Source: Candidatus Parcubacteria bacterium
Lineage (GTDB): Bacteria > Patescibacteriota > Minisyncoccia > JACPXH01
Direction of reading: 5' to 3'
Length of the DNA stretch: 64,000 nucleotides
Assembly: GCA_016196625.1 (NCBI GenBank)
Contig: JACPXH010000007.1
Span: 150,461-214,460 of the forward strand
Shown here: piece by piece, positions 46,801 through 53,532 of the stretch
Layout: the number at the start of each line of letters is the position of its first letter
Numbering within the stretch: position 1 is the first letter of the stretch
Notes under the pieces: model-generated
The model's database searches: none
The model's input: only the letters and a program-made list of their open reading frames with translations
Told to the model about the DNA's origin: nothing
Program-made: the position numbers and the translations under genes

Positions 46801-49113
46801 GCAACCGATACCGTGATACCGGGCGAGCACACGCTCCGGGGCGAGATTTCCGCCGCTGGCCGCGCGCTCGGGTCGGCGAGCGCCACCCTCACCGTTAGGG
46901 CCGCGCCCGAAGTGCGCTTTGATTCCAGCCTCGCGTTGTCTCAACTGGAGGTGGAAAACGGACAGTCGTTTGAACTGACCGCGTCTCTGACTCGCGTTGA
47001 TGACGGCGGGCCTGTTGAACGAGCCGAGTACAATCTGCAGGTGCCTGAAGGTTTTGTGCTGGCCCAAGTGCCTGATGCGATTACCTTTCGGGGAGCGACG
47101 GTGCTCATTGATTCGACTTCTTCGCCGGAGAACGGTTTACTGGTCGTGCGGCTGGAAAATATCCCCGCGCGCCAGCAGTCATTTGGCACTCCCGTGGTGG
47201 CGAACATCTTGCGTTTCAAGCTGCAGGCGGTTGGCGCCGCTCCCGGTGCGCAACAGTTCTCCGGCACGCTCTTTGCGTTGGAGCCCACGAGACGCGAATT
47301 GAGCACTGCCTCCGCTTCGATCAATGTCCGCCAGCCTCTGCCGCAGATCAGTGACGGCGTTCTGCAGCTTACCGAAGGGATTGTGGAGGCAGACCGTGTC
47401 TTTCGCGTCATCACCAGGTTCAGGCGCATAGATCGCAGCGATGACATTGAGCACTTCGGCTACGAGCTGCGTCTGCCTCAAGGGTTTCGGCTCGTGCCCG
47501 CTCAAGAGGGAGGCGGGGCAGAGCTTGATGGTCAGCAAGTAGCGGTGACGGTTTCGAGCACCACGCCAGACGGAGTGCAGATTATGCGCCTTGAGATTGA
47601 GCGTCTCACGCAGGCCGGGGCAGAACATCGGTTGAGATTTACGTTACGCGCTCCCAGCGAAGAAGGACAGTACTCTCTGGACGGAGGATTCTTTGTCGGC
47701 ACAAGCCCCGTCTTCAGCAGCAGCACGGTCGGCTTTGAAGTCCTGCAGTCGGTAGCCAACGTGAGGTTCAGAAATAGACTTGAGGCTTCTAGCGATCGCG
47801 TGGCCAACGATCAGGTTTTTGCGATAACTGCGCAACTCACGCGAGAAGATGCCGGCGACACGATCAGGCGCGCTCGGTATAGGCTTTATTTTCCGTACGG
47901 CTCCCGGTTCGTTGGCGGCCCGGAGGGGGTAACATTCAACGGTATGCCCATTGAGCCGCGCTTTATCACTACGTACTCGAGCCTCGGTAGTTACTACATA
48001 GATGTGGATTTAAGCGGCTATCCGACTGGCGCGGGAGTTACTTCACCGCTTGTCTTCCAGGTGAAGGCGCCGCCCGCGCTGATAGTGGGTACGCAGCAGT
48101 TTTTCGGCTCGCTCGTGCTCAATAACGATACCAATCGCGCGTACCAAGCCGACCCGCTCAACATCACCGTTGTACCGGCGCAGTCAGCCGGGCCGCAGCT
48201 GAGACCGTATGTTTCCGGTCCTTGGTCAGCCGTGGCAGCCGGCGATCAGTTTTATCTTGACGTGAATCTCCAGAGACTCGATGACGGGGACGTAATCCGA
48301 AATTTTGAATACGCCATCCATCTGCCCCGGGGGTTTGAGTACGCTCCATTCGTGCTGCAAGGGGGCAGAGAGGACAGGACAGTGGGGTTTGGCGATCAAT
48401 CTGTGCCCGTTGAAGTGGTCACTGATCAAAGCGGCACACAGGTTTTGAAGATTCGGGTTGACTACCCTGCGGGCATAACCTCGCGCGCTTTCGGCGTGCC
48501 GCTTCGGGCGACTGCGGACGTTCAAACTGGGACGGCGACTGTTTTGATCACGTTTTCTGCCGAAGGTCGGGAGCTGGCGAGAGCTGAAACGGCGATCAAC
48601 GTTGAACAAGCGCCAGTAGAGATTGCGTTTGAGCCGCGCGATCTGTTCCTGTGGGGGGCGGTGTCATATCCCAATACGCATGAAGCTAGGCCCGACTTAG
48701 AGAGTTTTGTGTACGCGCCGCTCGTCCGCTTGGACACCGGCGGCCCGATTCAAAACTTTGAGTACCGGTTGGTGCTGCCCGCTGGGTTTGCGTATGCGCC
48801 GGGCGAAGACAGCGTCTGGTTTGACGGCGCGCGAGTGCGGGCCGAGGCGATTGACGTTTCTACCGATATAGCTGGCAGGCAGACAGTGACGGTGAGGCTG
48901 GAGTATCCTGCTTCGAGGAGGCGGGAGCGCGGCGTACAAGTGAAAATTCGCTCCACTGCAGAGATCGCCCCGGGACAGAAGGCGTTTGCCGGTCAGGCAG
49001 TTGTTGACGGCCGCGTGCTTGAACCCCAATTTACCGCCACGGTCAACTTGGTTCCAGCCGGTCCGAACTCGGGCGGCGCCGGATTTTTTGACTCGCCGCA
49101 GCCGATGGGCTAG
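37897..49113 (+). CDS. Giant repeat-rich surface protein (3738 aa)
   Basis: Single uninterrupted ORF of 11.2 kb. Hydrophobic N-terminus. N-terminal region has repeated GATPEQAAAYA / GATPEQIAALV motifs and Pro-rich linkers. BNR/Asp-box repeats STDGGRSWHA, SQDGGQTFKKG, SDDRGVSWSP and STDGVNFSK (about 42700-43950) imply a sialidase-like beta-propeller. About 12 tandem ~150-aa modules share the pattern FDSSL.(S/L)..EV..G....TA.L.R.D.GGPI..F.Y.L.LP.GF.Y (about 45650-49080). Confidence 0.7.
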   Translation: MVFDLHMIRIKRPPKGKKRDSLTKRLFAAGAAGVTMFTGGVLGVRAAGTVKPPFAQVRLRTDRVSGAGRTPGEAGAGTKISTEEEARIKAETGRFLGELRKVAGETDSQSFFARVLNISPAEAGSDLNAAIQDLYNSGNLTQAVQSVLASGAYTPDQAAAALREAETAGVIPAGTTLDIAVNLGATPEQAAAYAQPSYVPSSEADVYVPPPAAAVLPAAPVAPIIPPPAVESGPPVLPSVPAAARTPEVPPLPPPVIRIDEERGIGHVAMPAAPVVPVAREEPTPTPERTVQTEGGTFIVTPGGAVLDANRNPTPYSVDAGGQVSYQGTPVGRLEFQQPGIEEMPREVFIPTPPPAPPVQAPGPVIIVPPGESIVVPEGESRFVLTPDIKQAIQDIYQNEGLDSLTKAVGVQINKGVVSPADAAQALQAAGIPVADIAYIARNLGATPEQIAALVPSAPPPPAKLEEPTLPPPSAAPLPRGAEPSAPPVEIGPPVWQITHPTVPGLTVDVDADGNFRLPVDSGLGEFSGAFGQVNKGTLTYTVRSTSGTEQSGDLRAEGWLIAAVTPASPAKPAAPAPALPTPAPVFTLHIGDKTFQIDPETLIVTKPESDPNQYVLYPAGTPGQYIITVNGVSTFRLDTATGNLTQFTPAGETKPIGRFTPGGAAGPGNTFTFTPNPPATTTPTSTSPVSFPGATPTTTVPVIPRPVPPGVIGPSQPHELWTNVVIDNQRYNLYQDGAVNAVDAAGGEVATPYVIHYNENAQKYELWRAANHGETVFAILNPSGQLEQTFHLFFSPGPFGTTLRVNDRPYRINADGTVLNPPGDTQRYFMDVRGNIHLNDQYGPFLYLILVDGTVRDAQHRTVGRVEPSGTFVPTPGSVGAPVPALPTPAPVFTLHIGDKTFQIDPETLIVTKPESDPNQYMLYPAGTPGQYIITVNGVSTFRLDTTNGNLTQFTPAGETKPIGRFTPDGAVGPGTTFTFTPSPVATTTPTSTAPISPASTPAQPAAGPATVPPAAEAAPSVPAATPALPEVRVRINDAIYRIMPDGTVVSPPSDPNTYSVTRNPDGTAAISREGQVMYTVNAQGEVRTPDNQTVGQFDVPKAEVVTDYTAGRVDYYLRKAEKVGQTDAATIRELADSGVSPTVIAERALKEWGGDARRVAVAAAEAGAAPHLIAEVLKTKELKVQNPDGTSRTVDAFTLALEQAVGQVAAVPESNQRLQGMGSIADFLRRAGISAQEARDRLKAAGFTDDPTSILSAVGYSAEGLATTFPVTPTQIRAVNVDGTWLALSPDGTVYIPQAGSAAELKVIDGETRILFKDRTGRIVPLPIARIEQVSDVDLLRLAQAKFQAQGLTRPQANERIFPLAVAAGWSDPGRVIRAALEAGFSPTDIVSGLASIDSARRENNQESHYLEEGIMAALDAARSPEARQATADTIIAALRESDLGRERLDELIQYLAPRLNVPESQLREQLGVNQPLYKAAFRLELDLPRYLPESLRQSQKVFTGRSLRVISQVPIHEYAATLTSVSTGQQTAPAVTRKSSHVIKIAIPAELRADQYQLTITIDGQAQTFPIEVERPLQKAQAPVEVVPLTSVEQAAIAFRTTLCTNCASEGVFSGDPNDANKLIHISNTRDLVRSTDGGRSWHALSIDNAAQYPRAQVLYVGDPKVVSLPDGSFIITSLGSDHNKNFTLGGLIYRGTYTGGLNATFFQDIPSNLPANQDIVVDRPILAVDQRNSAVYIAVNGAWFGERGESDFEHAIYFSQDGGQTFKKGRIGHGLAIHSMTVGADGTLYAARLGEPHELFRFSSLDPVRYEVLPLPGRHQTWEGSVRISTTSRRAWVGYEGPEVIADTSPTSPHQGRLYAVWSQSERVVDDQNFEYKHYGFNHDVFVSYSDDRGVSWSPPAKVNDDIGSGDQVFPSARLDTNGALHVAFFDHRNNQSDAVFDVYYAKSTDGVNFSKNLRLNEEPIPNEYGGRFLGDYIDMVMPYPDRVYVAYPDAPLFANGKRSTMATAVKFVEISQAALAPLMPSRGAFSLDRWRTAGERIETLHSLLVSGWTPAEIIRALAAVDASAKAAGRETHYLEEGIMAALEAAPNPEARQATADTIIAALGEAGLSREQTQELIRNLAPRLNMTEEQLRSALGIGQLARQTSRLTRQMTRQTRPTVPRATLVKVDEPEFAKQELVLPPTLLPAPNSRDVQGFLGSASSEVAFQLVSLIRDRFQLGASASRRGSVELGDEVTITLQVKGQDVPPDKLVTFDALVPSKFRYVSGSLVVNNVPSSDPEFILRTPFATVVDEETQVLRLEHGVWSYGNTTRTYRFRMRADTIGRPGNLDVKAYLDVGPQLAQIAGVGPFTTSVRTSGPRREAQQTTERNDEFSGYAFDQTFSGGRTLGEAPLPGRAGELVPGEANQFMPAQAIELSPHERNTISVRYHFTKRSPDAANTLRLKYTVELPGEVEYLWRSARIDGALIDTEPLRTLPEERTPAGTRLVTIVDRETPVDERPHELSFQIFTAAAPETQARAPLVTQLWVNDKLVRKDRWEPIIIRAAQPAPPRDAAPAPGAPSAPPISEPPSPPTNWEPRYVRFDSSLEFSRREVRAGERVDITARLERIDSGGPIENFQYLLELSPGLRFVADQGVSVDSTQRLEPEVSERNGIQRVRVRMRFPAGSTRATGDVSAGFGDRPTTSIRFTAQAAADVSPGEKLLVGKFSGDGLQLGLDAANVLVRAPEVQPRFTGEMFTIPAAEARPGEALAVQIRLFRTDAAGRVGDVVYELEVPAGFEYVTESGGASIDGRSLAVTVVSRTDGAQVVRTDSFFSPGGNNSQAITVFLRAKSDVPAGEKTFVGRISVRNRQVLEQRTSVQVPELATVRIDPFLFFYGRATVGDEFTVYADLGRRDTGGPIPQVDYRLQLPRGFEFLPNRSDVYFWDTGRSQPLNAGVSDGVVTATIANFPAGPGGRTIRFRLRATDTVIPGEHTLRGEISAAGRALGSASATLTVRAAPEVRFDSSLALSQLEVENGQSFELTASLTRVDDGGPVERAEYNLQVPEGFVLAQVPDAITFRGATVLIDSTSSPENGLLVVRLENIPARQQSFGTPVVANILRFKLQAVGAAPGAQQFSGTLFALEPTRRELSTASASINVRQPLPQISDGVLQLTEGIVEADRVFRVITRFRRIDRSDDIEHFGYELRLPQGFRLVPAQEGGGAELDGQQVAVTVSSTTPDGVQIMRLEIERLTQAGAEHRLRFTLRAPSEEGQYSLDGGFFVGTSPVFSSSTVGFEVLQSVANVRFRNRLEASSDRVANDQVFAITAQLTREDAGDTIRRARYRLYFPYGSRFVGGPEGVTFNGMPIEPRFITTYSSLGSYYIDVDLSGYPTGAGVTSPLVFQVKAPPALIVGTQQFFGSLVLNNDTNRAYQADPLNITVVPAQSAGPQLRPYVSGPWSAVAAGDQFYLDVNLQRLDDGDVIRNFEYAIHLPRGFEYAPFVLQGGREDRTVGFGDQSVPVEVVTDQSGTQVLKIRVDYPAGITSRAFGVPLRATADVQTGTATVLITFSAEGRELARAETAINVEQAPVEIAFEPRDLFLWGAVSYPNTHEARPDLESFVYAPLVRLDTGGPIQNFEYRLVLPAGFAYAPGEDSVWFDGARVRAEAIDVSTDIAGRQTVTVRLEYPASRRRERGVQVKIRSTAEIAPGQKAFAGQAVVDGRVLEPQFTATVNLVPAGPNSGGAGFFDSPQPMG

Positions 49114-49226
49114 GCCAGGCTTGCTTGAAGAAACAGCGAACGCGGGAGAGTGTGTCATTTCTAGCTGCAGCGCAGAGTACGGCACGGCGCCGTAACCGCC
49201 TATAAACAGCTTGCGTTATTACCGTC

Positions 49227-49273
49227 AGATGAAGTAACGTTACTATGTATTGATATATAGTAACGTCTCATCT
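49227..49273. repeat. AT-rich imperfect inverted repeat between the giant gene and lemA
   Basis: AGATGAAGTAACGTTACTAT / ATAGTAACGTCTCATCT arms around the centre GTATTGATAT. It contains the ATGTAT half-site seen in the palindrome family. Confidence 0.4.
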
Positions 49274-49311
49274 TAGAGTGTTGGCGGTCGTCTTATCTTT
49301 ATTTGTCATAG

Positions 49312-49878
49312 ATGCCTATGAGCCTCACCTGGATTTTTAGCGTCGCGGCAGCGCTGGTCGTTGTTTGGTTTATCCTAGCCTATAACAGTTTGGTCCGGCG
49401 TCGGACACGGGTGGACGAAGGTTGGGCCGACATTGATGTTCAGTTAAAACGGCGCTACGACCTCATTCCGAATTTGGTCGAGACCGTGAAGGGTTACGCG
49501 GCTCACGAGTCTCAAGTTTTTGAGCGGGTTACGTCGGCGCGGGCCGCGGCCATGGGAGCGCAAAGCCCGCAGCAAAAGGCCGCGGCCGAAGGCATGCTGG
49601 CCGGAGCCCTGAAGAGTTTGTTTGCCGTGGCTGAGGCTTATCCCCAATTGCGCGCGGCAGAAAACTTTACGCGCTTGCAGCAAGACCTCGCAGATACCGA
49701 AGACAAAATCCAGGCCTCGCGGCGCTTTTATAACGGCGTCGTGCGCGACTACAACATTGCAACCCAAGTTTTCCCCACAAGTATCGTGGCGGGGCTGTTC
49801 GGTTTCACCAAGCGCGAATTCTTCGAGATTGAAGAAGAGCGCGCTGAAGAGCGCTCGCCGGTGAAAGTTTCGTTCTGA
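49312..49878 (+). CDS. lemA: LemA-family membrane protein
   Basis: N-terminal TM helix, then YNSLVRRRTRVDEGWADIDVQLKRRYDLIPNLVETVKGYAAHE, typical of LemA. Confidence 0.8.
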   Translation: MPMSLTWIFSVAAALVVVWFILAYNSLVRRRTRVDEGWADIDVQLKRRYDLIPNLVETVKGYAAHESQVFERVTSARAAAMGAQSPQQKAAAEGMLAGALKSLFAVAEAYPQLRAAENFTRLQQDLADTEDKIQASRRFYNGVVRDYNIATQVFPTSIVAGLFGFTKREFFEIEEERAEERSPVKVSF

Positions 49879-50001
49879 CAGATGGGAGGCGGGTGAGCGC
49901 ATTATTTTCATCCCGGTAGATGCCCCGCCCGGGGTAAGCCTAATATAAGCGAGTATAAGCGCAGCGCCAGGGTTCGCCTCGCCGAGTTGACCTTCGCCCC
50001 C

Positions 50002-50031
50002 GCGCTACAATGTATCGATACATTGTAGCGC
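50002..50031. repeat. Perfect 30-bp palindrome GCGCTACAATGTATCGATACATTGTAGCGC (family copy 2), 18 bp upstream of the TrpR-like gene
   Basis: Exact symmetry. Same 28-bp core as copies 1 and 3, with different but still complementary flanks. Confidence 0.9.
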
Positions 50032-50048
50032 ATAGACTTCATGCGATT

Positions 50049-50513
50049 ATGCCACAGATATCCAGGTTCAAATTGAGCGCCCGGGCCGAGCAAGAGCTAT
50101 CCGAAACATTCCTGGAAAGCTTGGTACTGATTCGTGATAAAGAATTTGCTCGGCAGGTGGTGGCTGATCTTTTAACCCCAACCGAGAAAGTCATGTTGGG
50201 CAAACGGATTCTGATCGCAGTTCTCTTGCAGGAAGGGTACAGTTACCGAGATGTTGTGAGGTCGTTGAAGGTGGCACCGGGTACGGTCAACAACATTCGC
50301 CTTACGCTCGCGCGGTCAGGCGCGGGATTTAAGGGTTTGGTCGGCTTACTTGGGGGCTCTCGTGTCGCCCAACGAGAGCGGTATCGCCGCGAAGATCGTC
50401 GAGAGTTGATCGCGAATAAGATCTATCAGATCATCGACGCCTTGCGGTTGCCGGTGAAAGGGTCGAAGACCGATATGGTGCGGTGGCGTAAAGCTTTGGA
50501 TAAATTGGCGTAA
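50049..50513 (+). CDS. TrpR-like (YerC/YecD family) helix-turn-helix protein
   Basis: LESLVLIRDKEFARQVVADLLTPTEKVMLGKRILIAVLLQEGYSYRDVVRSLKVAPGTVNNIRLTL aligns with the B. subtilis YerC pattern (..QGYTY..I....GAS.ATISRV). Start chosen at ATG 50049, because the upstream in-frame codons are translation of the palindrome. Confidence 0.65.
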   Translation: MPQISRFKLSARAEQELSETFLESLVLIRDKEFARQVVADLLTPTEKVMLGKRILIAVLLQEGYSYRDVVRSLKVAPGTVNNIRLTLARSGAGFKGLVGLLGGSRVAQRERYRREDRRELIANKIYQIIDALRLPVKGSKTDMVRWRKALDKLA

Positions 50514-50524
50514 TGAGACGAGTC

Positions 50525-50560
50525 CGACCGCTACAATGTATCGATACATTGTAGCGGTCG
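50525..50560. repeat. Perfect 36-bp palindrome CGACCGCTACAATGTATCGATACATTGTAGCGGTCG (family copy 3), 12 bp downstream of the TrpR-like gene
   Basis: Exact symmetry with the identical 28-bp core. Confidence 0.9.
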
Positions 50561-50642
50561 TTGAAACACGGGGTCTTGCCTGCATAAGTTCAGATACATT
50601 TTACATTTGGCACTCTCGTCTTCTGTGTGGTAAAGTAATGGC

Positions 50643-51542
50643 ATGGCCACCCTTTACACCCACATTGATCAGAACATTGCCAAGACTTGGGCGCTTATGG
50701 GAGCGTTCTTGGCGCTGGTGATTGCGATCGGGTTTCTGTTTGCGCAAGCCATGGGCGAGCCAGCAATTCTTTACATCGCGGTGGGCTTTTCGCTCTTCAT
50801 GAATTTCCTCTCGTATTGGTTTGCCGACAAGCTCGTGCTCTCGCTTTCCCGCGCCCGCGAGATCAAGCGTGAAGATCACGAAGAGCTTTTTCGGATAGTT
50901 GAGAACTTGGTCATCGCCGCGGGCCTGCCCATGCCCAAGTTGTATATAATAGAAAGTGCGGCCTCGAACGCCTTTGCAACGGGCCGGAACCCCGAGCATG
51001 CAGCAGTTGCGGTTACGCGGGGGTTGCTCGAGCGTTTGAACCGGCAAGAACTTGAAGGCGTACTCTCACACGAACTTGCTCACATCGGTAACCGCGACAT
51101 GCTGGTGGCCACCATCGCGGTCATCCTCGCGGGATTCATCGCGATCCTCGCCGATTTCTTCCTGCGCATTAGTTTCTATGGTGGCGGCCGGCGCGAAAGC
51201 CGCGAAGGCGGCAACGCCCTTATGGCCTTGGCTATTGTCGCGGCGATTCTTGCGCCGATTGCAGCCACGCTTCTGCGCCTCGCCATTTCCCGAAAGCGCG
51301 AGTTCCTCGCGGACGCATCGGGCGCGCTGCTCACCCGCAACCCCGAAGCGCTTGCGTCAGCCCTCGTCAAAATTTCCACCGATTCCGATCCCTTGGAGAC
51401 CGCCCGCGTCCAGACCGCGCATCTGTTCATCGACGATCCTTTCAAGAACCGTCATGGCAAGACGCGGTGGTTTATCAAACTGTTCATGACCCATCCGCCC
51501 ATAGAAGAACGTATACGAGCATTGCGCGGTATGGAGGTATAA
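50643..51542 (+). CDS. htpX: Zinc metalloprotease HtpX (M48)
   Basis: HELAHIGNRD zinc-binding motif. TM topology and a conserved C-terminus (FMTHPPIEERIRALRGM). Confidence 0.85.
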   Translation: MATLYTHIDQNIAKTWALMGAFLALVIAIGFLFAQAMGEPAILYIAVGFSLFMNFLSYWFADKLVLSLSRAREIKREDHEELFRIVENLVIAAGLPMPKLYIIESAASNAFATGRNPEHAAVAVTRGLLERLNRQELEGVLSHELAHIGNRDMLVATIAVILAGFIAILADFFLRISFYGGGRRESREGGNALMALAIVAAILAPIAATLLRLAISRKREFLADASGALLTRNPEALASALVKISTDSDPLETARVQTAHLFIDDPFKNRHGKTRWFIKLFMTHPPIEERIRALRGMEV

Positions 51543-51715
51543 AATACTATTGAAACGAGTCTCGCCCCGCACCAACGTTGCCATACTTTCTTGAGGTTAT
51601 GATTCTATTGAATGCATTGTCCCTTATTTTGAGCGAAGCGCGCGGTCGAACAGGCCACCTCGCTGTGGGCGCAGCGCTTCACCATGGCACGCTTCGCAAC
51701 ATTTGGTGCGGGGTG

Positions 51716-51772
51716 ACACCCGCCCGCCGATAGAGGAACGCGTACGCGCGTTACGAGGCATGGAGATATAAA
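51716..51772 (+). pseudogene. Decayed duplicate of the htpX 3' terminus (gene fragment)
   Basis: CACCCGCCCGCCGATAGAGGAACGCGTACGCGCGTTACGAGGCATGGAGATATAAA parallels the htpX end CCATCCGCCCATAGAAGAACGTATACGAGCATTGCGCGGTATGGAGGTATAAA. It encodes ..IEERVRALRGMEI-stop with a 4-nt insertion. Confidence 0.45.
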
Positions 51773-51788
51773 CAAAGGGAACTCCATT

Positions 51789-53474
51789 TTGGATCCGGCC
51801 TTACTTTCTTACATTCTCGAGGCGCGCGCAGCGGGGCTCACCGATGACCAGATCGTCGAAGAGCTACAACGCGCAGGCTGGGACGAAACTGCCGTCAGGG
51901 AAGCAGTCGGCGCTTCGGAGTATCAGTCCTTTACCGGGCCTCCGGCGCTCTACACTCCCCGGCCCGAGAATCAGCTTGTGCGCCTCTTTCACAACGCCCG
52001 CCGCAGCCTTGGCTTCAAGATGGGCGTTGCTGTTTTGGGTCTTGCTGCCATTGGCGCAGGTGCGTATGCTGGCTGGCGCTATTACGATTCGCTTCCGGCC
52101 AAGGCCTTGGCAGACATGCCGCGCAAAATGGCTGATCTCAAGAGTGCCTCCTACCGGGCGGAAGTCAGAGTTCGGCTTGGTCCTTCCAGTAAAAAGTCCG
52201 CTGTCTTGAACGAGACAGACGTTCGGGTGGCGTTGGCTCAAGTGGAGCCAAATGCGGTTCAGGTTTTGCCTAAAGGAATCGAGAATGCCCAAATCGAGTG
52301 GCGGGTGAGCGGAGCATACGCCACCCGGGCTGGGGCGCCGAGCGACTTTTCGGCGCTCCTTGATTTCAACCTTGAGATGGGTCGGGAAACGATTGCGGTG
52401 ACCATTGAACTTCGGCAGGTGGAGGGCACGTTTTATTTGAGGCTCGTTAAGTTTCCCACTGAGCTATTGGGAGGGTTTTCGTCAGACGACTTGAGCCGCT
52501 ACCTCAACCAGTGGTACTCGTTCAAGATCGAAAGCCTCAAGAAGTATCTGCCCGATTTTGAACGCGAAAGCGTGAACGCGAATCTCAATCTAGACCAAGA
52601 GCAAAAAATCAGAGCGCTCGTGGCGAAAGCCAATCTGTACCACATTCAGTCTGTAACCCGCAACGAAAAAGTTGAGGGTGCGGGCGTGTACCGTTACCTC
52701 GTAAATCTGCTTACGGAAAACTTTATCACCCTCGTGCGTGAGGCTTCGGCCGTGCTCAACGAGCGGGCCCTTACGCCGGAGGCGGAAGCCGGATTGCGCA
52801 ACGTTCTCGGGCAGTTCGCCCAGGCCAAGGTGCAGTTGTGGGTTGGCAAGGACGATCACCTGCTGCGCCGGTCGCATATCACGATTGACGATCTTGGCGT
52901 GGGCGGGTATTCCCTGCCAGCTGAAATAACCCTTGAACTTTCCGACTTCAACCGGGCTGTCGTTACCGCCCCCGAAGGCGCTCTGCCGCTGGAAAAGGTG
53001 ATTGAGGACGCACTCAATGCTTCTCGTATCAAGTCTCGCGATGCGCGCCGTCTGGCCGATATGCGCCAGATTCAGCTGGCGCTCGAACTGTTTGCCGACA
53101 ATCACCGGCAAGCCTACCCTCCAGACATCTATGCTCTTACCCCCTGCGGCCGCGCCAGCGCTTGCGGCCTTGCTTCGCCCGATGCCTGCGGCAGCACGTC
53201 GTGCATCGCTGTGGTGCCGGTTGATCCGTTGGATGGCGGGCGGTACGTGTATAATCCACACCTGACCCGCCGCACGATTGATGCGTATCACCTCGGTACA
53301 AGCCTGGAAGATCCAGCCAGAGCAGAGCTGCAAAGCGATCGCGACTGCAATTCGGCCACCGGCGAAAATTGTCCCTTTCCTTCAGGCTGGGATAAACTGA
53401 AGGTCTTCAACGGCTCTGACCGCCAGGGCTGTTTAGGCGAGGCTGGCCGCGCGTGCTACGATCTGACACCCTGA
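51789..53474 (+). CDS. Membrane-anchored protein with the shared N-terminal module, one TM helix and a large extracytoplasmic domain
   Basis: TTG start. N-terminus MDPALLSYILEARAAGLTDDQIVEELQRAGWDETAVREAVG. TM helix LGFKMGVAVLGLAAIGAGAYAGW. C-terminal pseudopilin-like segment SRDARRLADMRQIQLALELFADNHRQAYP. Confidence 0.65.
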   Translation: MDPALLSYILEARAAGLTDDQIVEELQRAGWDETAVREAVGASEYQSFTGPPALYTPRPENQLVRLFHNARRSLGFKMGVAVLGLAAIGAGAYAGWRYYDSLPAKALADMPRKMADLKSASYRAEVRVRLGPSSKKSAVLNETDVRVALAQVEPNAVQVLPKGIENAQIEWRVSGAYATRAGAPSDFSALLDFNLEMGRETIAVTIELRQVEGTFYLRLVKFPTELLGGFSSDDLSRYLNQWYSFKIESLKKYLPDFERESVNANLNLDQEQKIRALVAKANLYHIQSVTRNEKVEGAGVYRYLVNLLTENFITLVREASAVLNERALTPEAEAGLRNVLGQFAQAKVQLWVGKDDHLLRRSHITIDDLGVGGYSLPAEITLELSDFNRAVVTAPEGALPLEKVIEDALNASRIKSRDARRLADMRQIQLALELFADNHRQAYPPDIYALTPCGRASACGLASPDACGSTSCIAVVPVDPLDGGRYVYNPHLTRRTIDAYHLGTSLEDPARAELQSDRDCNSATGENCPFPSGWDKLKVFNGSDRQGCLGEAGRACYDLTP

Positions 53475-53532
53475 GTGGGCGCGAAAAGCCGATGAAGCTA
53501 GGTGAAGCCATACGTTTAGAAGGTTTAAATCT

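Noticed and set aside
37911-49185. Numerous 60-220 aa ORFs on both strands within the giant gene
   Set aside because: All are nested in or antisense to a single 11.2-kb uninterrupted reading frame with consistent repeat architecture.
50010-50721. ORFs beginning MYRYIVA on both strands (50010, 50346-50585 minus, 50536-50721 plus)
   Set aside because: The MYRYIVA peptide is simply the translation of the palindrome core ATGTATCGATACATTGTAGCG read in either direction. The true regulator start is taken as ATG 50049.
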